Assembly: GCA_030390025.1 (NCBI GenBank) | Contig: CM059447.1 | Span: 15,872,001-15,936,000 of the forward strand | Origin: Squalus acanthias | Taxonomy: Eukaryota | Length of the DNA: 64,000 nucleotides | Direction of reading: 5' to 3' | Shown: positions 39,132 to 52,190 of the stretch, one piece after another | Position numbering within the stretch: the stretch's first letter is position 1 | Layout: each line of letters begins with the position of its first letter | Notes under the pieces: generated by a model | What the model saw: only the letters and a program-made list of their open reading frames with translations | The model's database searches: none | Told to the model about the DNA's origin: nothing | Position numbers and translations under genes: made by a program

Positions 39132-40374
39132 AAAGTTGCCAGCCTCAACTGTGCCATCAATGCAAGGTGTGGAACAAATGCCAGGCACTTCCCCCGTGAG
39201 GAAGGAGGAGAAATCAACTTCAAACATTCGTGTGCACCTCCTAGTGGCAGGGTTACATAGCAGTGTAGTCAAAGTCTTGCAGCACCACACTGAAAACTGC
39301 CCTCACCGAGAGAGAGTGAGTGCACAGTGTGGAAGGAACAAAGAGTGGGAAGAAAATGTTCAAAATTTAAATATATAGGAGTTTGCAAATACAAAGATAC
39401 CTCCCGATTGCAATGACCCGCTCAGCCTCCATTCGCTGACCAGTGCATCAATGTGAATAAACCACAGCGTTTTTTTTTGTTTACTGCATGTTTAGAAACT
39501 GTCAAATGGTATATTTCTATTAAACAATCTCCTAATCAGCTGTAATTTAATTAGCCACTTGTAATGTGGACTTTTTCTAACATTGCTTTCACAAGATTTA
39601 CTGTAATCTTAAATGCTAATTACAAGGTGCTCTGTGGCTTTAAAGGGAAGCCCATCACTGCTCTAGGGCGCATTTTAATTTGAATGCCCTCAATGTACTA
39701 ACTCTGACCTGTTACACACTGCTCCTTAATCGCAATCAACTATTCATTTGAACCACATATAAACTGCAGTCTCTGTTTAAGCTGGGTCGCTGTTGAAACT
39801 GGGTTTCTGATTCACAGAAACGATAGTAAGTAGTACAGCAAGAGAACATTCAGCTTAATATTTATAAAACGAAAGGAGGTTGTCATTTACTATAACTGCA
39901 GTAAAGTCTGCCAAGTGAAGTGCCAACCCCAACAAAAAAATCCCTTTCACCAAGAGCCAGGGGCATTCTGATGGAAAAATTATAACTGAAATCGAACCCT
40001 CCGTCGCCATTGTCTCCTGACAATGAACGTATTTTAGACAAGATGGAGAAATAGAAAGAAAATACAATTAACCTTTTCAAGACTGAATTTTCTATTGAAA
40101 TCATGTCAACGATTTTAACTCCTTCAGAACCAAAGTGCTCTGGCAAACATACATCACACATTATTGTTTCATGGCTTTCTGACCTTGCTTTTTGCCAGTC
40201 TTACCATTAAAATCCCCTTTTGTGACCAAAAATCACCTTTACCTGGGAGGCAAGCAGAGGTCAGGCTAAGCACGCTGTCAAAAGCTGCTGTTAATGCCAT
40301 CCTATGACCATGCAAACTGGCGGGTGTAGCTGGAAGAGACCGATGACACCAGTTCCCTTCCACTCCTCTTCCCC

Positions 40375-40625
40375 CTGCACTGATGCGGTGGAGGGGTGAG
40401 CTTTGGGTGCAAGAGTTTTTTGTGAAGGGTTGACATTCAGTGAGGTCAGGAGGACAGAGAATTCAAAGGACAGGGAGAAGGGGAATTTTGGCAGTAGCTT
40501 AAAATCACAGAGGATAAGGAGTTGCTTGGCAAAGCAGCTCAGGAAGGAGAGAAGGATGAAGATCTCGGCGAGGAAGTCGTGCAAAGAATTGTACAACAAC
40601 TTTAATAAAACCAGATTTTGGTAGC
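40375..40625 (-). mobile_element. Degenerate L2 endonuclease-domain fragment
   Basis: ORF 40291-40632 reads DFLAEIFILLSFLSCFAKQLLILCDFKL...LSFEFSVLLTSLNV, resembling the L2 APE segment ...LLILGDFN...SEF.ALLSSLNL. Confidence 0.55.
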
Positions 40626-42117
40626 AATGCAATCAGACAAAGTTTCTTTCTTGTAAAGAGATCCATCCCAGAGGAACAAGAGCCCAATAATTACCATTTT
40701 CATTATTAAAAATATATATTTTTAATCAAGGTGGAATGGTCCCTTTAGAAACAGGTACATAGCCATTCAAGTTGCAGAACAAAAGGACATAGAATGGTAC
40801 AAATTATAGTATCATCTAACTCGGATGAAGGTTTTGTGGAAAAATGCAATAAAGTATCAAATGTGTACAATGAAACAGGCCACGATGATAACTTAGTGCT
40901 ATTGCCAGTCAATAAGAAAGCATATTCCTCAGACACTTGAGGAATGTGTGCAGATAGTGCTCAGTTTAAGAAAAATGTGTTTGTTTTCAGTCATTTTTAA
41001 TATTATACAATTTTCTAAAATGTCGAAAGAAGTTTCATCGTAAAACCTAACACGACACTTTGAGATGTAACATGACATTCCTTCGATTGCCACCATTTCA
41101 TATATTAGATCTAATCTTGAAAAGCTACTGTACTTTGAAAGCTTAAGCAGAACAATATTTATCAATTCCTTCACAATCAGCAAAGCAGGGGGGGGGGGGG
41201 GGTTTGTATGTATTAGAGATTCAGAGAAGAAATTACTACAAGGGAGTTATCTAACTGTTCATATCGCTAAATATTTACTTGTTCAACATTGCTCTGTTTG
41301 TGCTTTGGCGGCTGTTCAGTTCCTTCAATACGCTGATTCATTTTTGCACCCGGTGAAAAGCATTCTGAGGTCAGGTATAAACTGGCAAATGCACAGCCCC
41401 ACTGTATTCCCACAAAAACAGCATCACTTCCCTATCTCCTTTCCACTCTGCCAAATTGGACAAACTTGCAGGGTTTTTTCTCTTTAAAACAGGAGCAGCA
41501 ACCAGTTTGTTTATTGTTCTTTGAATGCTAGATAAATACATCCAGTGCAAAAAATGATCCAATTATATATAAAAAATTTAAAAACAAGTGCTTTTAACAA
41601 AGCTAAATTAAATCTGTGCAGCAAAATATTTTTTCAAGTTGAATCTTTTGAATGCTTCCCTGACTGAACATTCGTTGTGATTTTGTAAAGATTGATATAA
41701 GTGCAATAGAAAAACCTCAAAGCCTGAGTTACAATGCACTGTTATTAGATTCAATCCACGGTTTACTCTGCAGGACTGCTCCAGTGCTAGACACATGTTC
41801 ACAATGACATTCAGTCACTAGGGTGCTAATGTTATAATAACACTCAGAATTTTCCACTGGTCTGAAATATCTTTGCACTGGTGACATGTTTAACCCCTTT
41901 TAGGACTGCAGGAGACAAGAATGCTCAGTATAAACAATGACTGATCTCTCGACGAAGAATCATGCTCTGTTTCCTTGATATCAAAATGCAGGAACTTAAA
42001 GTAGGTTCAAAATGCCTCACTTTCTTGTCACTGATCCATGACCAACTGAATTAGAAGGTCTTGGTCTACTGGACTATGGTCCTGACCCATCACTTATGAC
42101 TAAGAACACGCACTTCA

Positions 42118-42596
42118 ACAACAGCAACAACTTGTATTTATATAGCACCTTTAACATAGTAAAACGTCCCAAGACGCTTCACAGGAGTATTATAAGACAA
42201 AAAAATTGACAGCGAGCCATATAAGGAGAAATTAGGGCAGGTGACCAAAAGCTTGGTCAAAGAGGTAGGTTTTAAGGAGCGTCTTAAAGGAGGAAAGAGA
42301 GGTAGAGAGGTTTAGGCAGGGAATTCCACAGCTTAGGGCCGAGGCAACAGAAGGCACGGCTATCAATGGTTGAGCAATTATAATCAGGGATGCTCAAGAG
42401 GGCAGAATTAGAGGAGCGCAGATATCTCGGGGGGTTGTGGGGCTGGAGGAGATTACAGAGATAGGGAGGGGTGAGGCCATGGAAGGATTTGAAAAGGATG
42501 AGAATTTTAAAATCGAGGCGTTGTTTAACCAGGAGCCAATGTAGGTCAGCGAGCACAGGGGTGATTGGTAAACGGGACTTGGTGCGAGTTAGGACA
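42118..42596 (-). mobile_element. L2 LINE 3' end
   Basis: ORF 42284-42631 reads ITPVLADLHWLLVKQRLDFKIL...GPKLWNSLP; (caa)n tail at the low-coordinate end. Confidence 0.9.
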
Positions 42597-45500
42597 CTAT
42601 GTACAGAATGCATTTTATTAGTACACCACATCTTGATTTAATTGTTATCTTTTACTGAAACAACACAATTCTCAGTTTATTGAACATATTTAATATTATT
42701 AACCCTATCCATTGGTGGTCCATTGATCTACCAATATCTACACTGTGGGTGGTGCTGTCAGATTTCTGTAGGGCTCAGGACCAAGGACTTTTGTATTCTT
42801 CCAAATCTAAGGCACTATCGTCACTTCACAATACTTTGCAGCCAGATTACTAGATTTGATTTCTCCCCCTAGAGTGACTTAACTGCATGTTCAAAAGTAA
42901 AGATGCTGCTGAAAATATAATGTAGTCATACTACTTCAGCACTAATAGTAATAGCTCCAGTTTGAAAAATGTGGGTGAAAGATCAAAGTGACGACATCAA
43001 ACATCACAAGTTGAATCCAAACTGCCCAATGACCCACTATCAGCAGAGACACATTCCCTACACTCGATACTTGTGTTGCACTGTGTACTTCACAACTGCT
43101 GTCAATCAGTTGACAGAAGGTAATCTTGCAATGTCGTTGGTTAAGTCAGTTCTACTTCACTGAGATGAAGTCCTGGTTTGGCAAAGTGTTCAATCTCCAA
43201 GCTCAGCTGTAAACCAAAAGAATCCCTCCCAATAATGGCAGGTTGACTAAGTGACGAGTGGCCCTGAGACTCAAAACCAACTACCAACTGGTTGGGAGAC
43301 AGGTGTGCTACTATCTTTGCTACCAAGTTTCCTAGCCCATTATAAAATCTTACAGATTTAGATTTGGATAAGGTACAGTAAATATTCTTTTCTATTTGTG
43401 ATAAAGTATACTTTTACAGCCTATTTAAGATACAGGAAAGAAGCTATTAGTTTTACAACTTGCTTACATAGATCCAATCAAGCTAAAAATTCAAAAGAGT
43501 TTAGTTATTTGCCATGCAGGAGCAATAGATTTATTTCTGTCCTACATTTCCTAGATTTATTTTCTTATATCCTATTGGCTATTTTGATATTGGTCATCAA
43601 AGTGTTAAGGGATCAACACAATGCCCTTAAATCCTCAGAAACTCCACCTCCTGAAATCAGTTCAATGATAGACAGAAAGACAGGCAATGTTGGCACGGTG
43701 CATTGAGCACTGGCATCGAGCCCAAATCCAGTTTGACAATTTGCCAGCTGGCTCCTGCATGCCGGGGCCTGCTCGTATGAGGCATGCGGCTGCCTAAACT
43801 GTATTAGTGGAGTCCTCATTGAATCCCAGTCTGTCGGAGCAGTGGAGAGTAATCATCCTGAATGGGGCAGTCAGCGCCCTAGTGTTAATGATGACATGCT
43901 TCAGTGGGGAACAGAGGTGATTAAGATTCACTGAGTTTTGTATATAGAAATAAAGAAAAAGGACACAGTCTAAGACTTGAGATGCCCTAAGATCTTACAA
44001 TAGGAAAAATACCAGTGATAAACTGCTCCTAATATTCATCAGTCAAGTACAACCCAGAATGTTTTAGTTAGTAAATCTGGTGGGGATAAGCAAACTGTTA
44101 GTTTTTGACTTCTCCAATTAAGACAAGTCATCTGATGTGCCAGCCACTCATCCACCCTAAAAGGTCACACGTACAATCCCCACATACATGCATAAGGAGA
44201 CTTATTAGCCAAAAAAGGTTTGTAGGCTTTATGCCCTGACTGCACTTGGCATATGCCTGACTGTACCTACCTCACCCTTCAGTTCATTTTCTTTTCCCTA
44301 AATTAGAAACTGATCAGCGGGAATGATATATTATCTTGATGGACAGGCATTATTTGCACATGTGCAGAAAGGCAAGCCATTTGTTTGTATGTCTATAGTC
44401 ACATACCTTATAATTCTTCTGATCTGTAGTTTGATTTTTAGATGTGGCACTGTTTATTCTTCTTAAATGCCTGTGGCTAAGGGTGTGCAAAATTAGGCTA
44501 CAGCCTTCAGGATTGGGGAATTTGCTTTGATATACTAGCCTTTGATCTTTTCAATTGGCTTTTATTTTACTGCAAGTGGGTTAAAATTGCACAATTTTGT
44601 GGAGCAGAATATTTGCCAGATGTTTTGGTTTCTCAACATGAGGGTGACTTTAACGCAATATCATTAATAATAAAAAATTATTTCCTTGCTGATGTTACTG
44701 CTCTTTAACCCCCCCCTTTTAAATCAAATCATAGACTGGTGCAGTAGGAGCGAAGGACAAACATGCTGTCATCTAAACCTGCCCAAACTGATCCAATCCA
44801 TTGGGAAATGAAGTACGGCTTCCAAAAAGGAAGAAACATTTTGTAGCTATCAATTGCTCGACTTTTAGAAACTGGATCGCCTGCCACACCACAAAGGAAG
44901 CCAACTCACTCTTCTTTTCATTGGTTACAGGGACATCATTTATCCAGTGTCTATCAGATCATTTTTGAGATTGGGTAATTGTCCCCACAGGTATCCATAC
45001 TGTGTTTTCTGATGGCTCCATTTTTTATATATACAGTCCGGCTGGAGAGTTTCCAAAAGACATCTGGAAAAAGAGTTAATCTGGAAGGCAGAATCGGGGA
45101 AGTTGAGTGCACTGATTATACTGTTCTACACTGTACTGCCTGGATCTGAAGCTCTGGTAATTATAGGTGAAGTTTAGAACATTGTTTAGCTGTTGGTTGG
45201 GTGTGGGGGTCAGTTCCTTTTGTGCATCTCGCTGTGTTTTGTTTTGTTTTGGACGGTTTTGTTTTACATTCTATAGGAATATAAAAAGCTGATTACTGCT
45301 GTCTGATCATATTTCCTATTGTAGTGGCTGAAAAATGCATTGTGGAAGGAAAGGAGCAGGCATCAAAGGACTGCAGCAAGCAGGTGTCTGCAGTTCGCTG
45401 TGGTACAGTTCTCCAATGTGATCAGCAATTCCTATTGCACACAAGCTGAATATAGGATAGTGTTTACATAGGCTTAAGATAATGGGAGCAGGTTCCTTCT

Positions 45501-45914
45501 AAAACTGAGCCTATTATTTCTAGTGGTTTATTTCTACTCTTTTATTAGGGCGATTTTCAAATTTCATGGCATTTTCTTTCTCTGTCTAGCTGACTGTCTG
45601 GTTTTGTAGTGAGGACGAAATACTCCTCACTGTTACAGATGGCTAAATGGCCTCCTTCTGTGCTGTAAACTTCTGTACCTTGGTGTTTGTTATTCATAAA
45701 CAGCTTTATTGCTCCCTCACTTGATTTTCATTCCTTTATTTTGAAGCAAATATAGGTTCCTGCTTGTAATGTATATATGACGATGAAAAATACATTTTCT
45801 ACACTTTCTGTGGAGGATACCACTTTTCTGTTCATCACTTCTGTCAATTTGAAAGTTTAGTTGACAAAAGGAATCCCAAATACTTCAAGGTGTGAAATTC
45901 GAACACACCTCAGG

Positions 45915-46070
45915 CAACGTTCCTGCTAGGCTGCGGGGCCGTCTGGCGATCCCGTGCAGGCCATTCACGGGCTTTTCGATGTGAATAACCGCACATGTGG
46001 AAAAAACGGAATCGGCCACGCAACCAGTTAAAGGGCCCGCGCACCAAAAAACAAATTACAGGGAACACTG
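45915..46070. mobile_element. hAT-like MITE, 156 bp, 8-bp TSD ACCTCAGG
   Basis: acctcagg|caacgttcc ... gggaacactg|acctcagg. Confidence 0.8.
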
Positions 46071-46756
46071 ACCTCAGGCTGCAAGTGTGTGGGAAATCTA
46101 GCCTATGAACCAGTAATCAGATAAACCCTAATATAGGAAATATTAAAGGAACTTCACTCCAAGAAGATACTCTAAAATATGGATCTTTGTCAACTTACTG
46201 TGGCACAAACATAATTTATGTTTTCCTTGAAACAGCAATTATTATAACAATAAACAGACTTTAAAAAAAAAACATAAATGTGTAAAACTGCTATTTTCAG
46301 TGGGTTGTGCTACCTTTGCAGAATTGTAAATTTCTGCTTGGCCTGTCAGCCATGACATAAAAATGATGTTTAAATTCTACATGATATGCTGACCTGGAAC
46401 AAATGTGTCATTGTGACTGCTGAAAAATGTACAAACAGGGAATTCTGGTCTTTCCCGACAGACGGTCAAACAAATTTCAAATGGCATTTTTGAGTTATCC
46501 CTCACTCCCAAGTGGGTTAATAAACATCATCTAGAGCATTTCAAAAAACAGATTCACAGTGAAAAATTAAATTTAAATGTGTTTCAAAAGGTTTCTGGTT
46601 ACTCTTTTTCAGCTTTTAAATCGGCTTACGCGTCACTGACTCGAGAGCTACTCTTCCAGAAATGAAACAGGACAAAATTGGCTATTTGTGGCAATACAGA
46701 ATTTTAAAAATCAGTGGGTCCCACTTCTATTGGCAGCGCCCCTTTATCTGAAAGGA

Positions 46757-47185
46757 AAGAAAGGCTTGCATTTATTTAGCGCCTTTCATGACCTCAGGAT
46801 GTCCCAAAGCGCTTCACAGCCAGTGCAGTACTTTTGAAGTGTAGTAATCACTGTTGTAATGACTGAAACGAGGCAGCCAATTTGCGCACAGCAAGGTCCT
46901 AGATAATCTGTTTTTTTTTAGTGATGTTGATTAAGGGTTAAGTATTAGCCAGGCCACAGAGTGAGCTCCCCTGCTGTTCTTAAAATAGCGCCATGTGTTC
47001 TATTACGTCCAGCTGAGAGGGCAGACAGGGCTTCGCTTTGGCATCTCGTCCGAAAGCCGGCATCCCCAACAGTGCCGCACTGGAGTGTCAGCCGAGATTT
47101 TGTGCTCAAATCTCTGGAGCAGGACTATGAACTCACAACCATCTGACTCAGAAGCAGGAGTGCTACCACTGAGCCACGGCTGACA
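46757..47185 (-). mobile_element. DeuSINE, near full length
   Basis: tRNA-like head on the reverse strand (agccgtggctcagtggtagcactc...gagttcatagtcc), Deu-domain remnant and gaaaggcgctaaataaatgcaag tail. Confidence 0.85.
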
Positions 47186-47289
47186 TCCGAAACCACTGCT
47201 AAAGGTTTGCACTCATCCCATAGACCTGAAAATAGTGCAAAATTGCAAGAAAAGAAGCACTAAATACTGCACCACTTGTGCTAGTGCAG

Positions 47290-47979
47290 GGGGGGGGGGC
47301 GAAATTCCCCTCGTTTGCGCCTCCGGTGGGAGGTTAGCGGCGGCGCTACCGGGTATCGCCCCGATCTTCTGTGCCCGGAGATCATGACGTCATCTCCGGG
47401 CACAGCGCCCCGGGAGAAAATTTCGCACTCGCGCCCCGCAGCAGCACTGGGCGATGTTACCGACTGCTGCAGGGGTCGCGGACAGTGAGGCCGGCCGCTC
47501 GTGGGGCGCAACTTGAAGGCGCGGTGGGCGGCCAGCCAAAAAAAAAGCCGATTTAAAATTTTTTTTTTTTTCGGCCACCGGTCGTGGCGTCCGTGCTGCA
47601 ATCGCTCAGCCCGGCACTCTGCTTGAGTGCCATCTGATCGCGCGACACTCCGCTCCCCACTGGCCCAGAAATCTACACTGAAACCTGCAGAGCTCGCAGC
47701 GTGGGGCCCTTCCCTTTAATTGAGGAATGAGCCCCTGCAATGCGGCAGCGCCACGTTTGGCCACTTGCGGCGCTCCTGAGCACATTGCTCCGGATCGGGA
47801 CATTCCCCACCTCTTGCGCTCCAAGAGGCAAGTTGAGCCCTTGATTTAGCGCTCCACTTCCCTCTTGGAGCAAAAAGTGGGAATTTAACAAATGTTTGAA
47901 AAGGTTAGCGTCTGGCGCTAACTTTCCAAACACTTTTCACTTAGCGCCCCAAACGGCCCTCTAGGGGAATTTCTCCACC
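47290..47979. mobile_element. GC/CpG-rich non-autonomous DNA transposon (MITE-like)
   Basis: Termini gggcgaaattcccct ... aggggaatttctccacc; sharp GC/CpG step against AT-rich flanks; possible CAG duplication. Confidence 0.65.
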
Positions 47980-48892
47980 CAGGTCTCCAGAAGACAAGTC
48001 CTGTTAAGTGTTGATTACTTTTGTTGTTTGTGCCAACTTGAGGCTGTATGTGCAACAACCGTGTGTGTTCAGGAATGTACTTCAAACACTTTAAAGTGGT
48101 TCAGTGATATTTCTTTTGAATCTGACATGAAATCTACCGAAGTTTATATCTATCAATGTAACCCTACAACATCAAAATGACCGCGAGAAATGTTACTGCA
48201 AAAATGCTCTTGCCCATATTTTTTTATTTTAATGCAGGTGTTACCATTTATTTTAAATGACTTAATATCTCCATTAAAATAGCAGAGAGGCATTTGGTGA
48301 TGGTATTAAGTATTCATACGATAACATCACTCCCAGTCATTTCCACCCTTATGTGTCACAGGTGGTTATTCAAAAAGTACAGTGGCCTGTGCTGTTCATA
48401 ACAGTTTTATATTCATCGTTCTGTTTGTTAAAAAAAACCACTATTTAAAAAGATAAAATGCTATATTGAATAATCAAATGACAACAGAACTTTAAAACAG
48501 TTGTGTTACAGCTCATTGCAGCGAGATGTTTACATGTTAGAACTGCTTACAATTTAAATAAATTCCTAATTAAAGGGAACAGAATAATCAAACCACAATG
48601 TTTCCTTTCAAATAGTTTCATTTATTCTGTAAATGAATGGCTGGTGGGGATGATTAACTTATTAAGAAAACAGTCTGGGCAAAAGCTCTTAGATTCTTAC
48701 TGCACTGTTCTGCAGCAAAAGATTACTTTAAACAATGCCACTTTTTCATCTCACATCAAACTGCACAAAATCGGCCAATCAGAAACTCTAAAGTCAATTC
48801 ATAGGGTAAACATTTCCATATATATATACATATGAAGGTATGGGGTTTTCTGTATATCTGCATGTAACTACTTCAAGTTAAACTGAGACAAT

Positions 48893-49130
48893 AGGACAAG
48901 GGGGCATAGGTTCAACCTGGTGAAAGGCGAATATCAGACTGGTGTTAAAAAGTTGTTTTTCCACACAAAGAGTCATCAACATTTACAATGGACTTCCAGA
49001 TAGGACAGAGAGGATAAGAAATCTTGAAATCATTTAAGAGACCGTGCTGAGGGGAATTGTCGGTTTTTCTAGATGGATTAGCTAAAGTGGGCCAAGCAGG
49101 CAATCTCATCTGTGTTTATCTTGTGATCTT
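48893..49130 (+). mobile_element. CR1 3' end, degenerate
   Basis: aggacaagggggcatagg...ttttccacacaaagagtcatcaac...tcttgtgatctt. Confidence 0.6.
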
Positions 49131-50073
49131 TGTGAAGAGAGGTTAACAACAATGGTAATCTCTCCCAGCCATGGATTAAACATAACTACATTTTAAAAAC
49201 TCCGAAAAATCAAGCAGCTATTCATTCTGGGACTGCATCAATGAAAAGGGATGTTGGAAGGTGTGGTGCCTTTAGAATTACATTTGAATGCTGGTGGGCA
49301 GGGCTTAAGTACATAAACTGTTCTTTTCCTGACGATTAAGTAAACAGCACAACAAATCAAAGGAACATCTGTCAGAGGCAGCGCTCATTTTAAAGTGAAC
49401 GGTAGAGGCTGACAAAGGTTGCAGCACAAAGTATGAACAATGGATGAAAGAAAAAAGATGATTAGAAAAGAGATTAAAAATAACATGCAAGGGATAAAAT
49501 AAAAGGATGAATAAGGGAAACAACAGTAAAAGAAAAGCAAATAAGAGAAAACAAAAGAAAGAATGTGAAGCAAAAATGAAGGGAAAAAGGAACTTGTGAA
49601 CAAAGAAACTTTATTAACCCTGGTTACCCAAGATCAAAGGTCGTGAGCTGAGCTAATCAGATGCAAGTTAGTTGGGGCATGGTGGAGGTGACTCCTGAAA
49701 TCAGATTTCTCTGAGGCACTGAAATACAATGGTTACAGCAAACAATTTGATCTTTATATTCATAGAGATCATGTATATTTACCTAACATGTAACCCACAG
49801 GAATTTAAAGAAACTAATAAGCTACGGTTATGACTGTGAAAGGATGAGATGAAATGAGCAAAGGGCCTTCTTCACTTGAATCTTCAGAGTATTAATTCAG
49901 TCCTAACTGCAGGCTTCCCAATGCTCCTGTCTTTGGTCAAATGGATTAATAAACATCTACCAGAGTATTTAAAAAACTGATTTACATTTAAAAACTAGCC
50001 TTTAGCTAGATTTAATTCATGGTGGTGAGAGATTACCACCGTCTCATGCATGAGATTGCACCCTGCTTCCTAC

Positions 50074-50570
50074 CAACAACAACAACAACTTGTATTTATA
50101 TAGCGCCTTTAACATAGTAAAACGTCCCAAGCGCTTCACAGGAGCGTTATCAAACAAAATTTGACACCGAACCACATAAGGAGATATTAGGGCAAATGAT
50201 GGTCAAAGAGGTAGGTTTTAAGGAGCATCTTAAAGGAGGAAAGAGAGGTAGAGAGGAGGAGAGGTTTAGGGAGGGAGTTCCAGAGTTCAGGCAGCTGAAG
50301 GCACGGCCGCCAATGGTTGAGCGATTAAAATCGGGGGGTGCTCAAGAGGCCAGAATTGGAGGAGTACAGATATCTCGGAGGGTTGTGGGCCTGGAGAAGA
50401 TTACAGTGATTGGGAGGGGCGAAGCCAAGGATGGATGTGAAAACAAGGATGAGAATTTTTAAATTGAGGCGTTGCTTAACCGGGAGCCAATGTAGGTCAG
50501 CGAGCACAGGGGTGATGGGTGAACGGGACTTGGTGCGAGTTAGGACACGGACAGCAGAGTTGTAGATGAC
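50074..50570 (-). mobile_element. L2 LINE 3' end
   Basis: LADLHWLPVKQRL...; (aac)n tail; highly similar to the 42118 copy. Confidence 0.9.
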
Positions 50571-50944
50571 CTCCCCATGTTAGTGCAAAATGGTGGTTAC
50601 AGATCTGTCACTGTTGTTGACAGTAATGGAAGCAAATTGAGATTGTGAATTAAGTGTATTGCACAGGAAGTCTATATCAAAGCATTAAAGGACTTTGACT
50701 TAAGTGAGATGTTTCCTTTAGTGCTTTGTTACCAATATATTAAGTGTCTAGTATAACACTTCGCAGAAAAGTATCTTGCAAGACACTGTACATATTAATA
50801 CATAGTGAAGAGCACAATGAAACTATCGGTGATAATGATATTGTAACATTGCGTCACATCCTGCACTACAGAATTTGTAGTTTTTAATCACAGTTTGGAA
50901 TTTTTTTTTGAAGATACAATTAAACTACTGGATTAGGAATAGCC

Positions 50945-52190
50945 AAAGGACATAATTTACTTGAATTTTCAGAAGACATTTGATAAAATGTCTCAAGTAT
51001 GTCTCTTAAGGCTCATGGAATTAATGGTTAATTAGCTTGTTGAATTGAAAACCAGTTTGGCAAAGGTGGGGGGGGGTGGAAGGTAATGCTAAATGGAAAG
51101 CACTGAGCTGGTGGGGGTGGGGAACAGCAGTGACGAGTGGGGCTCCACAGGGGTCTGTTTGAATTCTCTGCTGCTCCCACTGTTGATGAATAGTTTAAAG
51201 AAGAGTGCTTCTTATAATAACAGTATATCTGCTGATGATGCCAAGCAACATAGACAGGTGACAAGTATTGGGGACAGGGGCTGCATTCAAGGCAATCTGG
51301 AACAATTAAGTAGATGAGCGGAGAAATGGCATCTGCATGTTACTATAAATATAAATGCACAGTAATGCATATTGAAACAGTAACGCCCACATGCAAATGT
51401 AGAACACAAAAAGGATTTGGGTGTGTCTATCGCTCATTCACTGAAATTTTCCAGTCAAGTTGAAGTTGATCAAATATTAGGGTGAATCTCTGTAGGTCCA
51501 AAGACATTATTCTGACCTTGTTTCGATCAGTGGAGACGACACATGTGGAATGTGTGCGCAGTTTTAGGTGCTGTATATTCAAAAGCACATTAGGCAAAGT
51601 TCACACTAGAGTGACTGGGACTTAGAGCTTTAAATTACATAGGGATACTGGCACAAGAGAAATTCTCTTCACTGGGGGAAAGGCCACTGAGGGAAACATG
51701 ATCCCAGCCTTTATAAAGCTAAGAGGTACAGGTGATATAGAAAAAGAAAATACTGCAGATGCTGGAAATCTGAAATAAAAACAGAAAATGCTGGATATAC
51801 TCAGCAGGTCAGGCAGCATCTGTGGAGAGAGAAACAGAGTTAACGTTTCAGGTCGATGACCTTTCGTCAGAATGTTCTGACGAAAGGTCATCGACCTGAA
51901 ACGTTAACTGTTTCTCTCTCCACAGATGCTGCCTGACCTGCTGAGTATCTCCAGCATTTTCTGTTTTTATTACAGGTGATACAGATGTGAGCAGATGATT
52001 TAGCTTGCATAGTAAACACAAAACTAGAGTGTAGTCAAGACTATACATTAGATTTTTTTTCCCCCAACGAGTAATGAAGATCTGGAACAGACTCTCAGCA
52101 AAAGGCAGTTAATGATGTCTTAATTAACTCCTTCAAAAAATAGCTGGATCAATATCTGGTTGGGAATGAGGGTTATAGGGGTACGTGTAG
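50945..52190 (+). mobile_element. Old degenerate CR1 LINE hosting the Penelope-like insertion
   Basis: gacataatttacttgaattttcagaagacatttgataaa (DIIYLNFQKTFDK), ADDAK, and caacgagtaatgaagatctggaacagactc (QRVMKIWNRL). Confidence 0.65.
51738..51970. mobile_element. Penelope-like element remnant: inverted terminal-repeat palindrome with hammerhead-like cores and an 11-bp TSD
   Basis: Arms of ~100 bp are nearly perfectly complementary around 51873-51874. TSD tacaggtgata at 51727-51737 and 51971-51981. CTGACGA-A-AGGTC-ATC-GACCT-GAAA-CGTT occurs on both strands. Confidence 0.8.

Noticed and set aside
45585-45680. gtgaggacgaaa resembling part of a hammerhead ribozyme, inside a small hairpin (agtgagga...tcctcact)
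   Set aside because: No CUGANGA box in the right position (it reads ctgactg); the adjacent sequence is a CR1 3' tail remnant.
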